64,000 bases of DNA from an uncultured Candidatus Saccharibacteria bacterium (lineage in GTDB: Bacteria; Patescibacteriota; Minisyncoccia; Phycocordibacterales; Zambryskibacteraceae), in contig CAYLHJ010000003.1 in assembly GCA_964383705.1 (NCBI GenBank), positions 361 to 64,360 of the forward strand. The letters are read 5' to 3'. The notes under the pieces were generated by a model, which searched no databases, was not told where the DNA came from, and worked only from the letters and a program-made list of their open reading frames with translations. Each line of letters starts with the position of its first letter. Within the stretch, counting starts at the first letter, position 1. The translations under genes and the position numbers were made by a program. Below, piece by piece: positions 28,879 through 38,575 of this stretch.

Positions 28879-31599
28879 CTAAAAACCTGCAGTGATGACA
28901 TATGTAAGAGTTGCACTATAACTCCCCGCTTCGGTGGTCGCAGAAATATTTCCGAGGTAACGTACTGAATATGTTGTTGTAACATCATCTCCATCAACAT
29001 CAGATGCCACCTGGTCAGGAAAACTTCCGGTATCACACGCGAAACCACTTGCGGCATATGGAGCAGTTACGGAACCATTACCTCCAGATGCACTCATCCG
29101 CAAACCGAACTGCTCGCTACCCGCGCTTGAGGAGGTGTTTGTGCTACCAATCGCGGTAATAGTATTGGGACCAGATGTGAGTGTATTTCCATTTACCGTT
29201 ATGACATAGCCACTGGATGCATTTGTCGAAGCAGAAATAGTATGTGCCTCTACCTCCGTACCAGAACCACTTGTATCGCCCGTTGCATAACGCGCGGCAG
29301 AAGACAATAACGTGCCGAAACCAATTGAGTTGTCGGAGATTGAGAATGTTAATGTACCAGATGCGCCGCTAGCCGCAGTTATCACTTCGGGAACAACGGT
29401 ATATGTATCAAGCTGCGTGCCATCAGATTCAACTACGCGAAAACAATATGATGTGTTTGCGATCGCGCCGTTATCAATTAGCGCGAAGTCCCACTTGCTG
29501 TCTTGACCAGAGGGAACTGCCGCAACCGTATTGGTGAAGTTATTTGCTTCCTCATAATCTTGATTTACGATGGTGTGTCCACTATGTGTCGGATCGCTTG
29601 CGTTCGCGGTTAAATTATCTCCATCGGCTGGAGTCGCATTGTTATTGTAGGCAATAACCGTTGAGCCCGTAACGTCGGCATAACTTTCACCAGAAAAACT
29701 TGTGTCGCAGGTGCCACTTTTTTCGGCAAACTGTAATTTAAGATTTTGCGCACTCGCTGCAAGATTTGCGGTGCCAACATGCAAGAGCGTTCGGAGGCGA
29801 AATGCATCACCAGTTGAGGAAAGTGTTGCGGCAGTGTCTTGCGCGGCAAGTGCACTCCCCACATCAGTAGAATTTGCATTGCTAAAAAGACGGTAGGCCG
29901 CTTGTTCAAACGTAGGTGGCGTTTCTCGCACACGGATAAAAATACCAGGGCCACGAACATTGGTTACAGTGCCCGCCGCTGTCGCAATCATGGTGGGCGC
30001 CGCTGAGCTGGTACCAGAAGACACCGAAGAACGTACTGTGAAGCCACCTATGTCGTTACCAGTCGCACTGTCCGGCTCGTTGATTTCCGTTACAGTGCCA
30101 AACGTGACTCCCGTTTGCGTAAATGATTCCGATGAAAACTGTGCCGGCGTGGTAACGTCCGTTGGAATTACCATCGCTCCCAAGATATGATCACCTGTTG
30201 TAACACCTGGGTCAGCAGACATAGCGATAGAAACCGAAGTATCACCGGTCGCATCCGAACCGGTCGTTGCGGCTAAACTCCACACATCTGAGTCACTCGA
30301 AAGTCGATACATTTGCGCCCATGAGGCGTTGTTGGTAGTAAGTGAAAAACAATTCTCGCTTGCTTCTGTTCCAAGTGCAGTGCGGTAGAAAGAAAACACG
30401 TTGGTGTTGCCAGTATCAATGCCTAGCGTCGTACCATAACCACCTGCACCGACTAGAGAGCCGTTTGTAATTGCTGTCCAACCGGAGGGTGTCGTCACAG
30501 AACCGCTATTTGCGGTTGAGGGCTTCATACCTATAACAACGATTAGAATGTCATTTACTGCAACGGAGGCTGGGTGTGCTGGACATATTCCCGTACCAGT
30601 CGTTGTGGTTTGATACGCAAGAGTACCTGCCGCCTGGTATGTAATAGTCCCCGTCGCGCGTATTCTGATGAATATTCCAGGGCCACGAACATTGGTTACT
30701 GTACCTCCCGCAGTACCAGAGAATGTTGGGGCCGCGGAGGAAGTCCCGGAAGATACCGATGAGCGAACAACCACCCCTCCTATATCATTTCCCGTTGTAG
30801 AATCGGGTTCTGAAACTTCTGTAACAGTACCAAATGTGATGCCAGTTTGTGTCAAGGCCTCAGCAGAGAATTGCGATGGCGTCGAAACGTCAGTAGGAAT
30901 AACCATTGTCGCCAAAATATGGTCTCCACTTGCGACTCCTGGATCAGCTGACATTGCAATTGAAAGAGATGTATCACCAGTCACATCCGATCCAGTGGTA
31001 GCGGCCAGTGTCCAATCTTCAGTTGCATTAGTAAAACGGTATATTTGAGCCCAGGCAGCATTATTAGTCACAAGTCGCACCAGCACTGTGCCAGTTTCGT
31101 TTCCCTCCGCAATTTTATAATATGAAAATACATTAGTGTTGCCGGTGTCCGCACCAAGTGTAGTACTGTATCCGCCCGCGCCGACTAGAGAGCCGTTTGT
31201 AATTGCTGTCCAACCTTCGGGAGCCGCCCCGATTGAGCCGCTGTTCGCGGTCGAGGGCTTCATGCCTATAATCATCACAAGTAAATCACCGTTAGCAATT
31301 GAAGCTGGATAGCTTGGCGCGATGGTAACAACCCCACTGTTAGCCACAGCACTTGCAGATTGGTAGGTAATGGCTGCGTGTGCTTCTTGTATTCGGATCT
31401 TATCCGCCACCTTGCGAAGCGAACTAAAATTATCAACGACATTTGAATCGCGGGAAAGATGCCACGCCTTATCTACAATATTCTGCGACTGCGCATATGA
31501 ATCAAGAAGCGCAGATACGATCCAAAACGGCCCATTAGAGAATAATATACCAATTACAACAAGTATCGTTATAGAAATGTTACAAATCTTCCTCAGCAT
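28879..31599 (-). CDS. large adhesin-like surface protein with a tandem ~240-aa duplication and a C-terminal WxL/pilin-like domain
   Basis: Two paralogous repeats; C-terminal ~155 aa closely similar to that of the 367-aa neighbour; ends AGSYSATLTYVITAGF. Confidence 0.65.
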   Translation of the reverse strand: MLRKICNISITILVVIGILFSNGPFWIVSALLDSYAQSQNIVDKAWHLSRDSNVVDNFSSLRKVADKIRIQEAHAAITYQSASAVANSGVVTIAPSYPASIANGDLLVMIIGMKPSTANSGSIGAAPEGWTAITNGSLVGAGGYSTTLGADTGNTNVFSYYKIAEGNETGTVLVRLVTNNAAWAQIYRFTNATEDWTLAATTGSDVTGDTSLSIAMSADPGVASGDHILATMVIPTDVSTPSQFSAEALTQTGITFGTVTEVSEPDSTTGNDIGGVVVRSSVSSGTSSAAPTFSGTAGGTVTNVRGPGIFIRIRATGTITYQAAGTLAYQTTTTGTGICPAHPASVAVNDILIVVIGMKPSTANSGSVTTPSGWTAITNGSLVGAGGYGTTLGIDTGNTNVFSFYRTALGTEASENCFSLTTNNASWAQMYRLSSDSDVWSLAATTGSDATGDTSVSIAMSADPGVTTGDHILGAMVIPTDVTTPAQFSSESFTQTGVTFGTVTEINEPDSATGNDIGGFTVRSSVSSGTSSAAPTMIATAAGTVTNVRGPGIFIRVRETPPTFEQAAYRLFSNANSTDVGSALAAQDTAATLSSTGDAFRLRTLLHVGTANLAASAQNLKLQFAEKSGTCDTSFSGESYADVTGSTVIAYNNNATPADGDNLTANASDPTHSGHTIVNQDYEEANNFTNTVAAVPSGQDSKWDFALIDNGAIANTSYCFRVVESDGTQLDTYTVVPEVITAASGASGTLTFSISDNSIGFGTLLSSAARYATGDTSGSGTEVEAHTISASTNASSGYVITVNGNTLTSGPNTITAIGSTNTSSSAGSEQFGLRMSASGGNGSVTAPYAASGFACDTGSFPDQVASDVDGDDVTTTYSVRYLGNISATTEAGSYSATLTYVITAGF
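29926..31371 (-). repeat. intragenic tandem duplication (copies ~30658-31371 and ~29926-30645)
   Basis: Both copies run ITYQ...GMKPSTANSGS...TNVRGPGIFIR; identical 35-bp DNA block at 30449-30483 and 31181-31215. Confidence 0.9.
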
Positions 31600-32530
31600 A
31601 GGTGCTTACATAGTTATATATGATATTTGAGATATCGCGCATCATATTTCGAGCATGCGATTCTTCTCCAGTTCTAACCATGACTGTTAGGACATATGGG
31701 CGACCGGTCGGATATACGATACCGGAATCCACATAAACATTTTTATCTGTTGCAATACCAATTTTGTGCGAAAATTCTGTTCCTTCAGGCAGTCCGCCCT
31801 CAATAAAGTTCTTAAAAGCTGACTCCGTCATAAATGTCAATAATTTTTGCGAATATTCAGGAGAAAGATAGGATGACGTATACAACATTCTAAAAATTGC
31901 GGAATACCGTTTGGCGCTAATGCGACCATCGGTATCAAAAAACCCCTTGAGACCAATGTGTTCATATACCGCTTCCACCTCCTCAGTTTCCAGATTACGA
32001 AGCAAGATAAAGTGCGCTGTATTATCTGATTCAACCAGTGATCGCCGCACGAGATCTTCTATAGTATGCGTAGAATTGATCGGCTCTTGGTATAACGTAC
32101 CGAACAGTTCATCTCTGTCTCCGGCAAGTAAGACTAATTCATTGCCCCATTTCCATTCCCCACGCTCTATTTTTTTAGCGACAGCAACCGCAACCGGCAC
32201 CTTGAGAAGAGAGGCTGGATAAAATTCTGCATCTTTGTTAATCGAAATATTCGCGCCAGTCGGCAAATATTCAAAATACATTGATATATCGGGGTTGTTT
32301 TCATACAAAGCATTGAGTTTGTTACGAAGAAGTTGAAAGTTGACAATGAGATTTTCCTGCTCGACAAAACGACGTGAGGGATCAACAAATGAGAACAATG
32401 TATCGGATAACCGCGCATCGGTTTGATGTTCTGCCTGCCACCACGTGAATATATTAGTGATGAGCAACACCATTACCACTCCCGAAAGGAAACGTATCGA
32501 AATATTATTTTTGCCTTGGACATATTTCAT
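31580..32530 (-). CDS. class A beta-lactamase-like serine hydrolase, membrane-anchored
   Basis: ASLLK (SxxK), SDN, HKIG (KTG-like) motifs; N-terminal TM. Confidence 0.85.
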   Translation of the reverse strand: MKYVQGKNNISIRFLSGVVMVLLITNIFTWWQAEHQTDARLSDTLFSFVDPSRRFVEQENLIVNFQLLRNKLNALYENNPDISMYFEYLPTGANISINKDAEFYPASLLKVPVAVAVAKKIERGEWKWGNELVLLAGDRDELFGTLYQEPINSTHTIEDLVRRSLVESDNTAHFILLRNLETEEVEAVYEHIGLKGFFDTDGRISAKRYSAIFRMLYTSSYLSPEYSQKLLTFMTESAFKNFIEGGLPEGTEFSHKIGIATDKNVYVDSGIVYPTGRPYVLTVMVRTGEESHARNMMRDISNIIYNYVSTYAEEDL

Positions 32531-32538
32531 AGTTTCCT

Positions 32539-34110
32539 TTATTTCACATTAACTATGTTTATCTGGCAGATTACCGATGAATCCTCCTTGCCTTTTTGGG
32601 TAAAGACAATTGGAACAGTGAAGTTCCCAGTAAGTGCACCCTCCTCGTTTCTTATACGAAGCGACACGATGTCATCGTCAAAGTCAGGCTCATACACATA
32701 GTCATCATTTGCTGAGAAGACCATATTAACACCATCAGGAAGACTTCCGATTTCAAGTTGATAGTTTTCGTCGAGAGATTTTTGCAACATAACTTTTGTC
32801 GAAAAAGAACGCCGACCAAAGACATCAATACTGAATGGCGACGCCTCGCAGCGATGCACAGCATTCGGATCGATGATTATTTCTTTTGTGAAATTCCTTA
32901 CTGAAAGTCGCGGCGGGAGAGGTACCGGTTCGATAATGGGTTGATATGTTTCCTCGATGGGCAGTTCATCTACGATCACTTCTTCCAAAGCTTCCTGTTC
33001 TTCGGTTGGGATAAGTTCCCCTATTGTTTCTCCCAAGACTTCGCCGATTGCACTTGCAACATTCGCAAGTTGCGATGTGTCGCTTTGATTCGTGTACTCG
33101 TATTCCGTCTCGATCCACACGGAATCAAGATAGATAATTGGCGCGACGCCGTCTACCACAGGTACACTTTGAATGCCAATTTGTATTTTGGCAATATTTT
33201 CCCAGTCCGACACTTCTTCGATGGGTATCTCAAAATACTTACTTCCAAATTCGTCTTTCTCCACAAACCCAAGACTTTTCCATTCAACCCCATCAAGCGT
33301 GTAGAGTACTTCCACCAAGCCGTACGCGGAGATGGAGGTGGGAGTTGCGATATCCGGAGTCGTGGTGGCAGTCTCTTCAATCGCATCCGTTGTCGACGAC
33401 ACAGTATCCAAAATCTCTTGTGCATACACGACAGTCGCAAAAAAATTTAAAATAGACGCGGATGGTTCTTGTGGAGCAGGCTCAGGTGATGGCTCTGATG
33501 TCGTCTCTTGTGGCTGTGGCGTTGATTCTTCAACGGCTGAAACTGCTTCCGATTCAGGTTCAGAAACCGATTCGGTTGGTGCCAGAGTTTCTGATTCTCC
33601 TGATTCCGCCGCTGCTGGTCCCAGTTCTGCATTTGACTTTTCAGCTGATTGATCAAACGCACCCGTTGCATTTGCATCCTCGTTCTTGATTTGTATGTTT
33701 CCTTCTATTTGCGCAGCAGAATCAGTGGTGGCTGCAGTATCTTCGACCTGAAGCACTTCGGTGTTCAATTTCGGATACTCGACCGCCCAAGAGAATTTAA
33801 CTAGGATATTCTTCGGTACCGTATTTTCCAAAATATCTCCGGCAAATCCGCCGCAATATATTTGGGCGTGCGCACTGGCGTCGAGTCGAGCTGAATTAAC
33901 TTGCGTAAATATCGGCGCCCCACCCAATTCATTGGCTTCGGGAACACCGGAAGCGAGATGCGTGTTCTCCCATCCCCCAAGACACATCGATGCATACAAA
34001 TTGTAAATGCTTGCACGTGCGGTTAATGTATATAGTGACACGCAAAAAATAATAACAATGGCCACTACCGCGGAACATACCAAAAATAATCTTGGAAGTG
34101 TAGTACGCAT
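32539..34110 (-). CDS. secreted hypothetical protein with long acidic/Pro-Thr linkers
   Basis: Signal/TM N-terminus, Cys pairs, E/P/T low-complexity segments, C-terminal beta-rich domain. Confidence 0.7.
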   Translation of the reverse strand: MRTTLPRLFLVCSAVVAIVIIFCVSLYTLTARASIYNLYASMCLGGWENTHLASGVPEANELGGAPIFTQVNSARLDASAHAQIYCGGFAGDILENTVPKNILVKFSWAVEYPKLNTEVLQVEDTAATTDSAAQIEGNIQIKNEDANATGAFDQSAEKSNAELGPAAAESGESETLAPTESVSEPESEAVSAVEESTPQPQETTSEPSPEPAPQEPSASILNFFATVVYAQEILDTVSSTTDAIEETATTTPDIATPTSISAYGLVEVLYTLDGVEWKSLGFVEKDEFGSKYFEIPIEEVSDWENIAKIQIGIQSVPVVDGVAPIIYLDSVWIETEYEYTNQSDTSQLANVASAIGEVLGETIGELIPTEEQEALEEVIVDELPIEETYQPIIEPVPLPPRLSVRNFTKEIIIDPNAVHRCEASPFSIDVFGRRSFSTKVMLQKSLDENYQLEIGSLPDGVNMVFSANDDYVYEPDFDDDIVSLRIRNEEGALTGNFTVPIVFTQKGKEDSSVICQINIVNVK

Positions 34111-34209
34111 ATTATGATTGTAACAAGATTAAAACAATAATAATATCCTACATTCATAAATGATTGTATTAATTGCTCTATATAAAATTTCCGTCGAAGT
34201 TTCTTTTTG

Positions 34210-34281
34210 TGACCCTACGGGGAATCGAACCCCGCTTTGAGCCTTGAGAAGGCTCCGTCCTAGCCGATAGACGATAGGGCC
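34210..34281 (-). tRNA. tRNA-Glu (anticodon CUC); CCA not encoded
   Basis: GGCCCTATCGTCTATCGGCTAGGACGGAGCCTT-CTC-AAGGCTCAAAGCGGGGTTCGATTCCCCGTAGGGTCA; acceptor, anticodon and T arms pair. Confidence 0.96.
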
Positions 34282-34323
34282 GTTGAAACAAAAGAATACC
34301 GAATTTAGTGGCTATAATCAAGG

Positions 34324-35625
34324 TTATCTTTTCTGCCATTCTTCATCTTGCCGAACAAGCAACCTTCTTTTTTCCATGGGCTCTGCCATAACTTCTTCTA
34401 CTGCTTTCTCCATGCGCATTCCCTGCGAGCCCTTTATAAGAACGATGTCTCCGGATTTTAAAAGAATCTCCAAATGTTTTCCCGCTTCTCGTGAATCCTC
34501 AAACTGAAATATTTTTTCTTCATGCAAACCATTATTCAAAGCACCTTCTGCGATTGCTCGAGCCCGAACCCCAACAGTAATAAGACAGGAGACTGTCTTT
34601 GCCACATAATCCCCCACCTTTTTATGCTCATTTGCAGAATGAGTTCCAAGTTCAAGCATATCGCCCAAAACAGCAATCTTCCTGCCTTTGGTTCGAATCA
34701 AGGCCAGAGTATTTAATGCCTCCTCGAGAGCCACTGGAGATGAATTGTATGAATCATCAATTATGGTTGTGTTTTTAACTCCCGAAATAATTTTCATCCT
34801 TCCGCGAGTCGCTTCATATGATTTAAATGCCTTAGCAATGTCATTAAGCGAAAATCCTTCTGATATTGCTGCGGCACAAGCGGCAAGTGCTGGATACATT
34901 TGCTGGATACCGAGCCCGCCGAATATTTTTATATTCTCCGTATCATTTCCGAATGAAACATTAAATGAAACTCCAGAAGGAACGCTTATATTTTCTTTTT
35001 CTTCATAAATAATCTCATAACCGGTGCCGATAACCTGAGCATTGCTTTCCTTGCCATAAAGAAAAGTTTTTCCTTGAAAAAGATTTCTAAAATCCAACAC
35101 ATCCTCGTCATCGCTATTTAAGATGAGCGTGCCGTCTTTTTTGAGAGCTTCTACTAAATTCCCCTTTTCTTTATAAAGCTCTAAAGCGCTCTTAAAATAT
35201 TCGACATGAACAGGGACTTTAGAAAGGCGGGTGACAATACAAATGTCCGGATGAATCCACTGCGCCAAAGATTTTATATCTCCCGGCCTATCAGCACCAA
35301 TCTCAAGGATAAGCCATTTGGGATAACGGTTTGGGAGAAGGATGAGGGCAAGTCCTTCAAAAATATTTTTTATCCAAATATACGGATTATTCCAGCCGTT
35401 CGGACATCCTAAAATCGTAAGAGGAACCCCGATTTCACTATTGTAACTTTTTTCACTTTTGCGAGTAAAAAAGAAGTTAGAAAAAACAGAAAAAACGGCA
35501 TCTTTGGTCGAAGTTTTTCCCACACTGCCAGTGATGGCAACAATTTTGGGTTGATATTTGCGAAGAACAAGCTTTGATTCCCAGATGAGAATTTTTACAA
35601 TTATTTGCTTGAATATGGACTTCAT
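34324..35625 (-). CDS. murF: UDP-MurNAc-tripeptide--D-Ala-D-Ala ligase
   Basis: ITGSVGKTSTK, DDSYNSSP, VLGDMLELG, LIKGSQ. Confidence 0.9.
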   Translation of the reverse strand: MKSIFKQIIVKILIWESKLVLRKYQPKIVAITGSVGKTSTKDAVFSVFSNFFFTRKSEKSYNSEIGVPLTILGCPNGWNNPYIWIKNIFEGLALILLPNRYPKWLILEIGADRPGDIKSLAQWIHPDICIVTRLSKVPVHVEYFKSALELYKEKGNLVEALKKDGTLILNSDDEDVLDFRNLFQGKTFLYGKESNAQVIGTGYEIIYEEKENISVPSGVSFNVSFGNDTENIKIFGGLGIQQMYPALAACAAAISEGFSLNDIAKAFKSYEATRGRMKIISGVKNTTIIDDSYNSSPVALEEALNTLALIRTKGRKIAVLGDMLELGTHSANEHKKVGDYVAKTVSCLITVGVRARAIAEGALNNGLHEEKIFQFEDSREAGKHLEILLKSGDIVLIKGSQGMRMEKAVEEVMAEPMEKRRLLVRQDEEWQKR

Positions 35626-35632
35626 AAGAATT

Positions 35633-37336
35633 CTATCGGTCTGGAGGTATTTGATAATAGTTTATCAAAAATTTTGTAATATCCATAAATGGATATGTGA
35701 GTGTCTCAGATGCGTACTTCACACCCTTTGGGTCATAGGAAAATAGGAAGACCAGAAACTTCGCTTCATATGCCGGAAAATATCCGAAAAATGAATGAAG
35801 GAATTTATCATCAAAATATCCTCCTTTTGTAGCAATTTGCGCCGTGCCGGTTTTCGCAGCGATACTGTAATGATCCATCTTAACTGCACCAGAAAGCAGA
35901 GCATTGTCTACGACAGAAACAAGCATCCTAGTTATCTCTTCTGCACTTTCTTTTTTTATCACTTGTTCATCTACACCGGGATAGATTTTCTTTGAACCGC
36001 CGATTTTGTATTCAATTTTCTGCCCGATGTGAGGATTGATAAGCTTCCCGCCATTAGCCAAAACAGAGAGAGCGCGAACAGTCTGGATGGGAGTGATGGC
36101 GATGCCTTGACCAAAAGAAGCGGTGGCGTACTCGATATCACGAGGTGAGGAGAGATTTTCCACAAGACCATGAGTTTCATTTGGTAAATCAATCCCCGTT
36201 TCTTCCCCGATTCCGAAATCCTTCATATATCGAGCAAAATTGCCTTTACCCATCTGTCGCACCACAAAAGCGACCCCTGTGTTTAATGACTGGTTTAAAA
36301 CTTCCTGCATATTTACCGTACCTCTCCCCTTTCCATCAAAGTTTGAAAAAGTTTTTTTATCCAATGTAACTGTGCCGGAATCATAATAAGTGGTGTCAGC
36401 AGTAACAGCGCCGGCATCAATACCAGCCACCATGGTTAAAGGTTTAATAATTGAGCCCATTTCATAGACACGTTCAACCAGAGGATTTGAAAATATAGAC
36501 GAATCGGTTTCATCTTTAAGGTTGTTCGGATCAAATGTCGGAGTTACCGCCATAGCGACAATTTCTCCGTTTGAAGGATCCATTACTATTCCTCCGCTAT
36601 AATCAGAACCCCATTTTTCATTTATTTTTTCTAACTGTTCTTCCAGCAAAATCTGAACCGATGGCTCAATCGAAGTAATGAGATCCCCTTCAAGGGTATT
36701 GCTTCCCTCAATCCCCCCTTTTATATTTGAAAATATTTCCGCAAAAAAATTAACGTAGACGCTTTCATTATTGCGCCTTAGTGTGTCTTCGTAGTATCTC
36801 TCAAGGCCGTATCTGCCCGCCAATTCATCTTCATTAAAAGCGATGAATCCTAGCGTGTGGGCAGCAAGAGAATTGCCTGGATAATATCTCCAGCGCTCTT
36901 TATAGAGACTCACTCCAGGGATTGCCAAATCTTTAATTTTTGAAGCGTCATCCGGCGAAACCTTGTGTGCAATAACCGAGTAAGAGCTATTCTTTTTTTG
37001 AGCTCGAGCAATAAAATCCTCTTTATCAATCGGCAAAATTGCATTTATATCGCTCCATACTTGCTCCGGATTTTTCACAAGGCTTGGATTAATGGCCAAA
37101 ATAAAACCGGTCTTGAGGGCCGCCGCTGGAAATGAAACTCCACCCTTTGTCTTAAAAAAAATCGACCCGCGATCAAAATAGTCGTAGGAAGATTGCACAT
37201 ACTGACGATCGGCTTTGTCTTTAAGTTCGTCACCTGAAACTATTTGAAGAAAATAAAGCCTTCCGATAAGAAGTAATCCGAAAAAAAATATTAAAAAAGA
37301 AATTGATCTAATCCGTGATGTAGACCCGAGTTTCAT
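35633..37336 (-). CDS. ftsI: class B penicillin-binding protein (FtsI/PBP3)
   Basis: DRGSIF, RYYP, GLERYY, EMGSIIK (SxxK), SLN, KTGTAQ; position in the dcw cluster. Confidence 0.9.
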   Translation of the reverse strand: MKLGSTSRIRSISFLIFFFGLLLIGRLYFLQIVSGDELKDKADRQYVQSSYDYFDRGSIFFKTKGGVSFPAAALKTGFILAINPSLVKNPEQVWSDINAILPIDKEDFIARAQKKNSSYSVIAHKVSPDDASKIKDLAIPGVSLYKERWRYYPGNSLAAHTLGFIAFNEDELAGRYGLERYYEDTLRRNNESVYVNFFAEIFSNIKGGIEGSNTLEGDLITSIEPSVQILLEEQLEKINEKWGSDYSGGIVMDPSNGEIVAMAVTPTFDPNNLKDETDSSIFSNPLVERVYEMGSIIKPLTMVAGIDAGAVTADTTYYDSGTVTLDKKTFSNFDGKGRGTVNMQEVLNQSLNTGVAFVVRQMGKGNFARYMKDFGIGEETGIDLPNETHGLVENLSSPRDIEYATASFGQGIAITPIQTVRALSVLANGGKLINPHIGQKIEYKIGGSKKIYPGVDEQVIKKESAEEITRMLVSVVDNALLSGAVKMDHYSIAAKTGTAQIATKGGYFDDKFLHSFFGYFPAYEAKFLVFLFSYDPKGVKYASETLTYPFMDITKFLINYYQIPPDR

Positions 37337-37353
37337 AGGACAAAAATCTCACA

Positions 37354-37674
37354 CTAGCGAGACGTATTTGTGCCTGGTAAAAAAGCAACTGAATTTTTTC
37401 TTGAAACAAAGGTGACCTTATCTGTCTGACGAAATCCGAGTTCAATGGCGCGATCAAGCGTCACAGAGTTTTTCAAATCCATATATTCAAATTCAAGGTC
37501 ACTCACACGAACCACCCGAGTCGAAAGTTCTTGTTCAATGGTCTGTCGTTCTGCAACATTGTGAACGGTGCGATTTATGCCGTATACATATAAAATAGCG
37601 GACAAAACACAAAGGCCTGCAAGACCGAAGAATAAAAGCTTATTTTTATGAATTTCAAGAACCTTTGTTTTCAT
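37354..37674 (-). CDS. ftsL: FtsL-like cell division protein
   Basis: Single TM plus coiled coil ending A.ELGF, between rsmH and ftsI. Confidence 0.6.
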   Translation of the reverse strand: MKTKVLEIHKNKLLFFGLAGLCVLSAILYVYGINRTVHNVAERQTIEQELSTRVVRVSDLEFEYMDLKNSVTLDRAIELGFRQTDKVTFVSRKNSVAFLPGTNTSR

Positions 37675-38573
37675 TATGAAGTGGAACTATTTTTCTCTAT
37701 GATGCGCAATTTTGCACTTCGAGAGCGAGGATTTTCTCTTGTCTCATCCTCTGAGGCCGTAATGGGTTTTTTAGTAATTAAATTGGAAAGACCAGTTTGG
37801 GACCATGCTTTAAACATTTGCTTAACAATGCGATCCTCATGACTATGGAAAGAAATGGCAGCAATCCTTCCAAGTGGAGTAATGAGGCGAAAGGCTGCAT
37901 CGAGACCGTCTGCGACGGTAGCAAGCTCGTCGTTTACCGCAATACGAAGAGCTTGGAATGTGCGAGTAGCGGGATGAATTTTTTTCTTTTGATAATCGAT
38001 CGGTGTAACCGCTTCGATTATTTTCACCAGTTGAGTCGTACTCTCAATTGGTTTTTCATCTCGCGCTTTGACAATTCCTTTAGCGATACGACCGGCAAAT
38101 CTCTCTTCGCCATATCCACGCAATACTTGTCGCAATGTGTCCTCGTCCCACGTGTTTATGATTTCATAAGCGGTAAGATCGTCCGGACCAGGGTTTGATT
38201 TGAAAGTCATCATAAGCGGTTCGTCTTTTAGAAATGAGAAGCCGCGATTAGAGCTTTCAATTTGCGGAGATGAGAATCCAAAATCAAAAAGAACTTTTGT
38301 GATTTTAGAAATCCCAAGACCGGAAGCGATTGATTGCATATTACGATAACTGTCGCAGACAAAGGTTACTCTTGAATCCCTATTTAACCTTTCTCTGCTT
38401 CTCTCTATCGCTTCGCTGTCTAAGTCAATACCGATTACTTGGACATCTTTACCAGTCGCAAGTATTGCTTCAGTATGCCCGCCATCGCCTAAGGTAGCAT
38501 CTATGACAATGTCACCATCCTCAAGTGCGAGCCCTTCTATTGTTTCGTGTAAAAGAACAGGTTTGTGGGTCAT
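37674..38573 (-). CDS. rsmH: 16S rRNA m4C1402 methyltransferase
   Basis: HKPVLL, DATLGDGGH, RGFSF, TRTFQALRIAVNDEL, NPRSRSAKLR. Confidence 0.97.
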   Translation of the reverse strand: MTHKPVLLHETIEGLALEDGDIVIDATLGDGGHTEAILATGKDVQVIGIDLDSEAIERSRERLNRDSRVTFVCDSYRNMQSIASGLGISKITKVLFDFGFSSPQIESSNRGFSFLKDEPLMMTFKSNPGPDDLTAYEIINTWDEDTLRQVLRGYGEERFAGRIAKGIVKARDEKPIESTTQLVKIIEAVTPIDYQKKKIHPATRTFQALRIAVNDELATVADGLDAAFRLITPLGRIAAISFHSHEDRIVKQMFKAWSQTGLSNLITKKPITASEDETRENPRSRSAKLRIIEKNSSTS

Positions 38574-38575
38574 CT

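Noticed and set aside
22926-34281. Integrative element inserted at tRNA-Glu
   Set aside because: No integrase, and no duplicated tRNA 3' end found by eye at the far boundary; only the adjacency and a composition shift are seen
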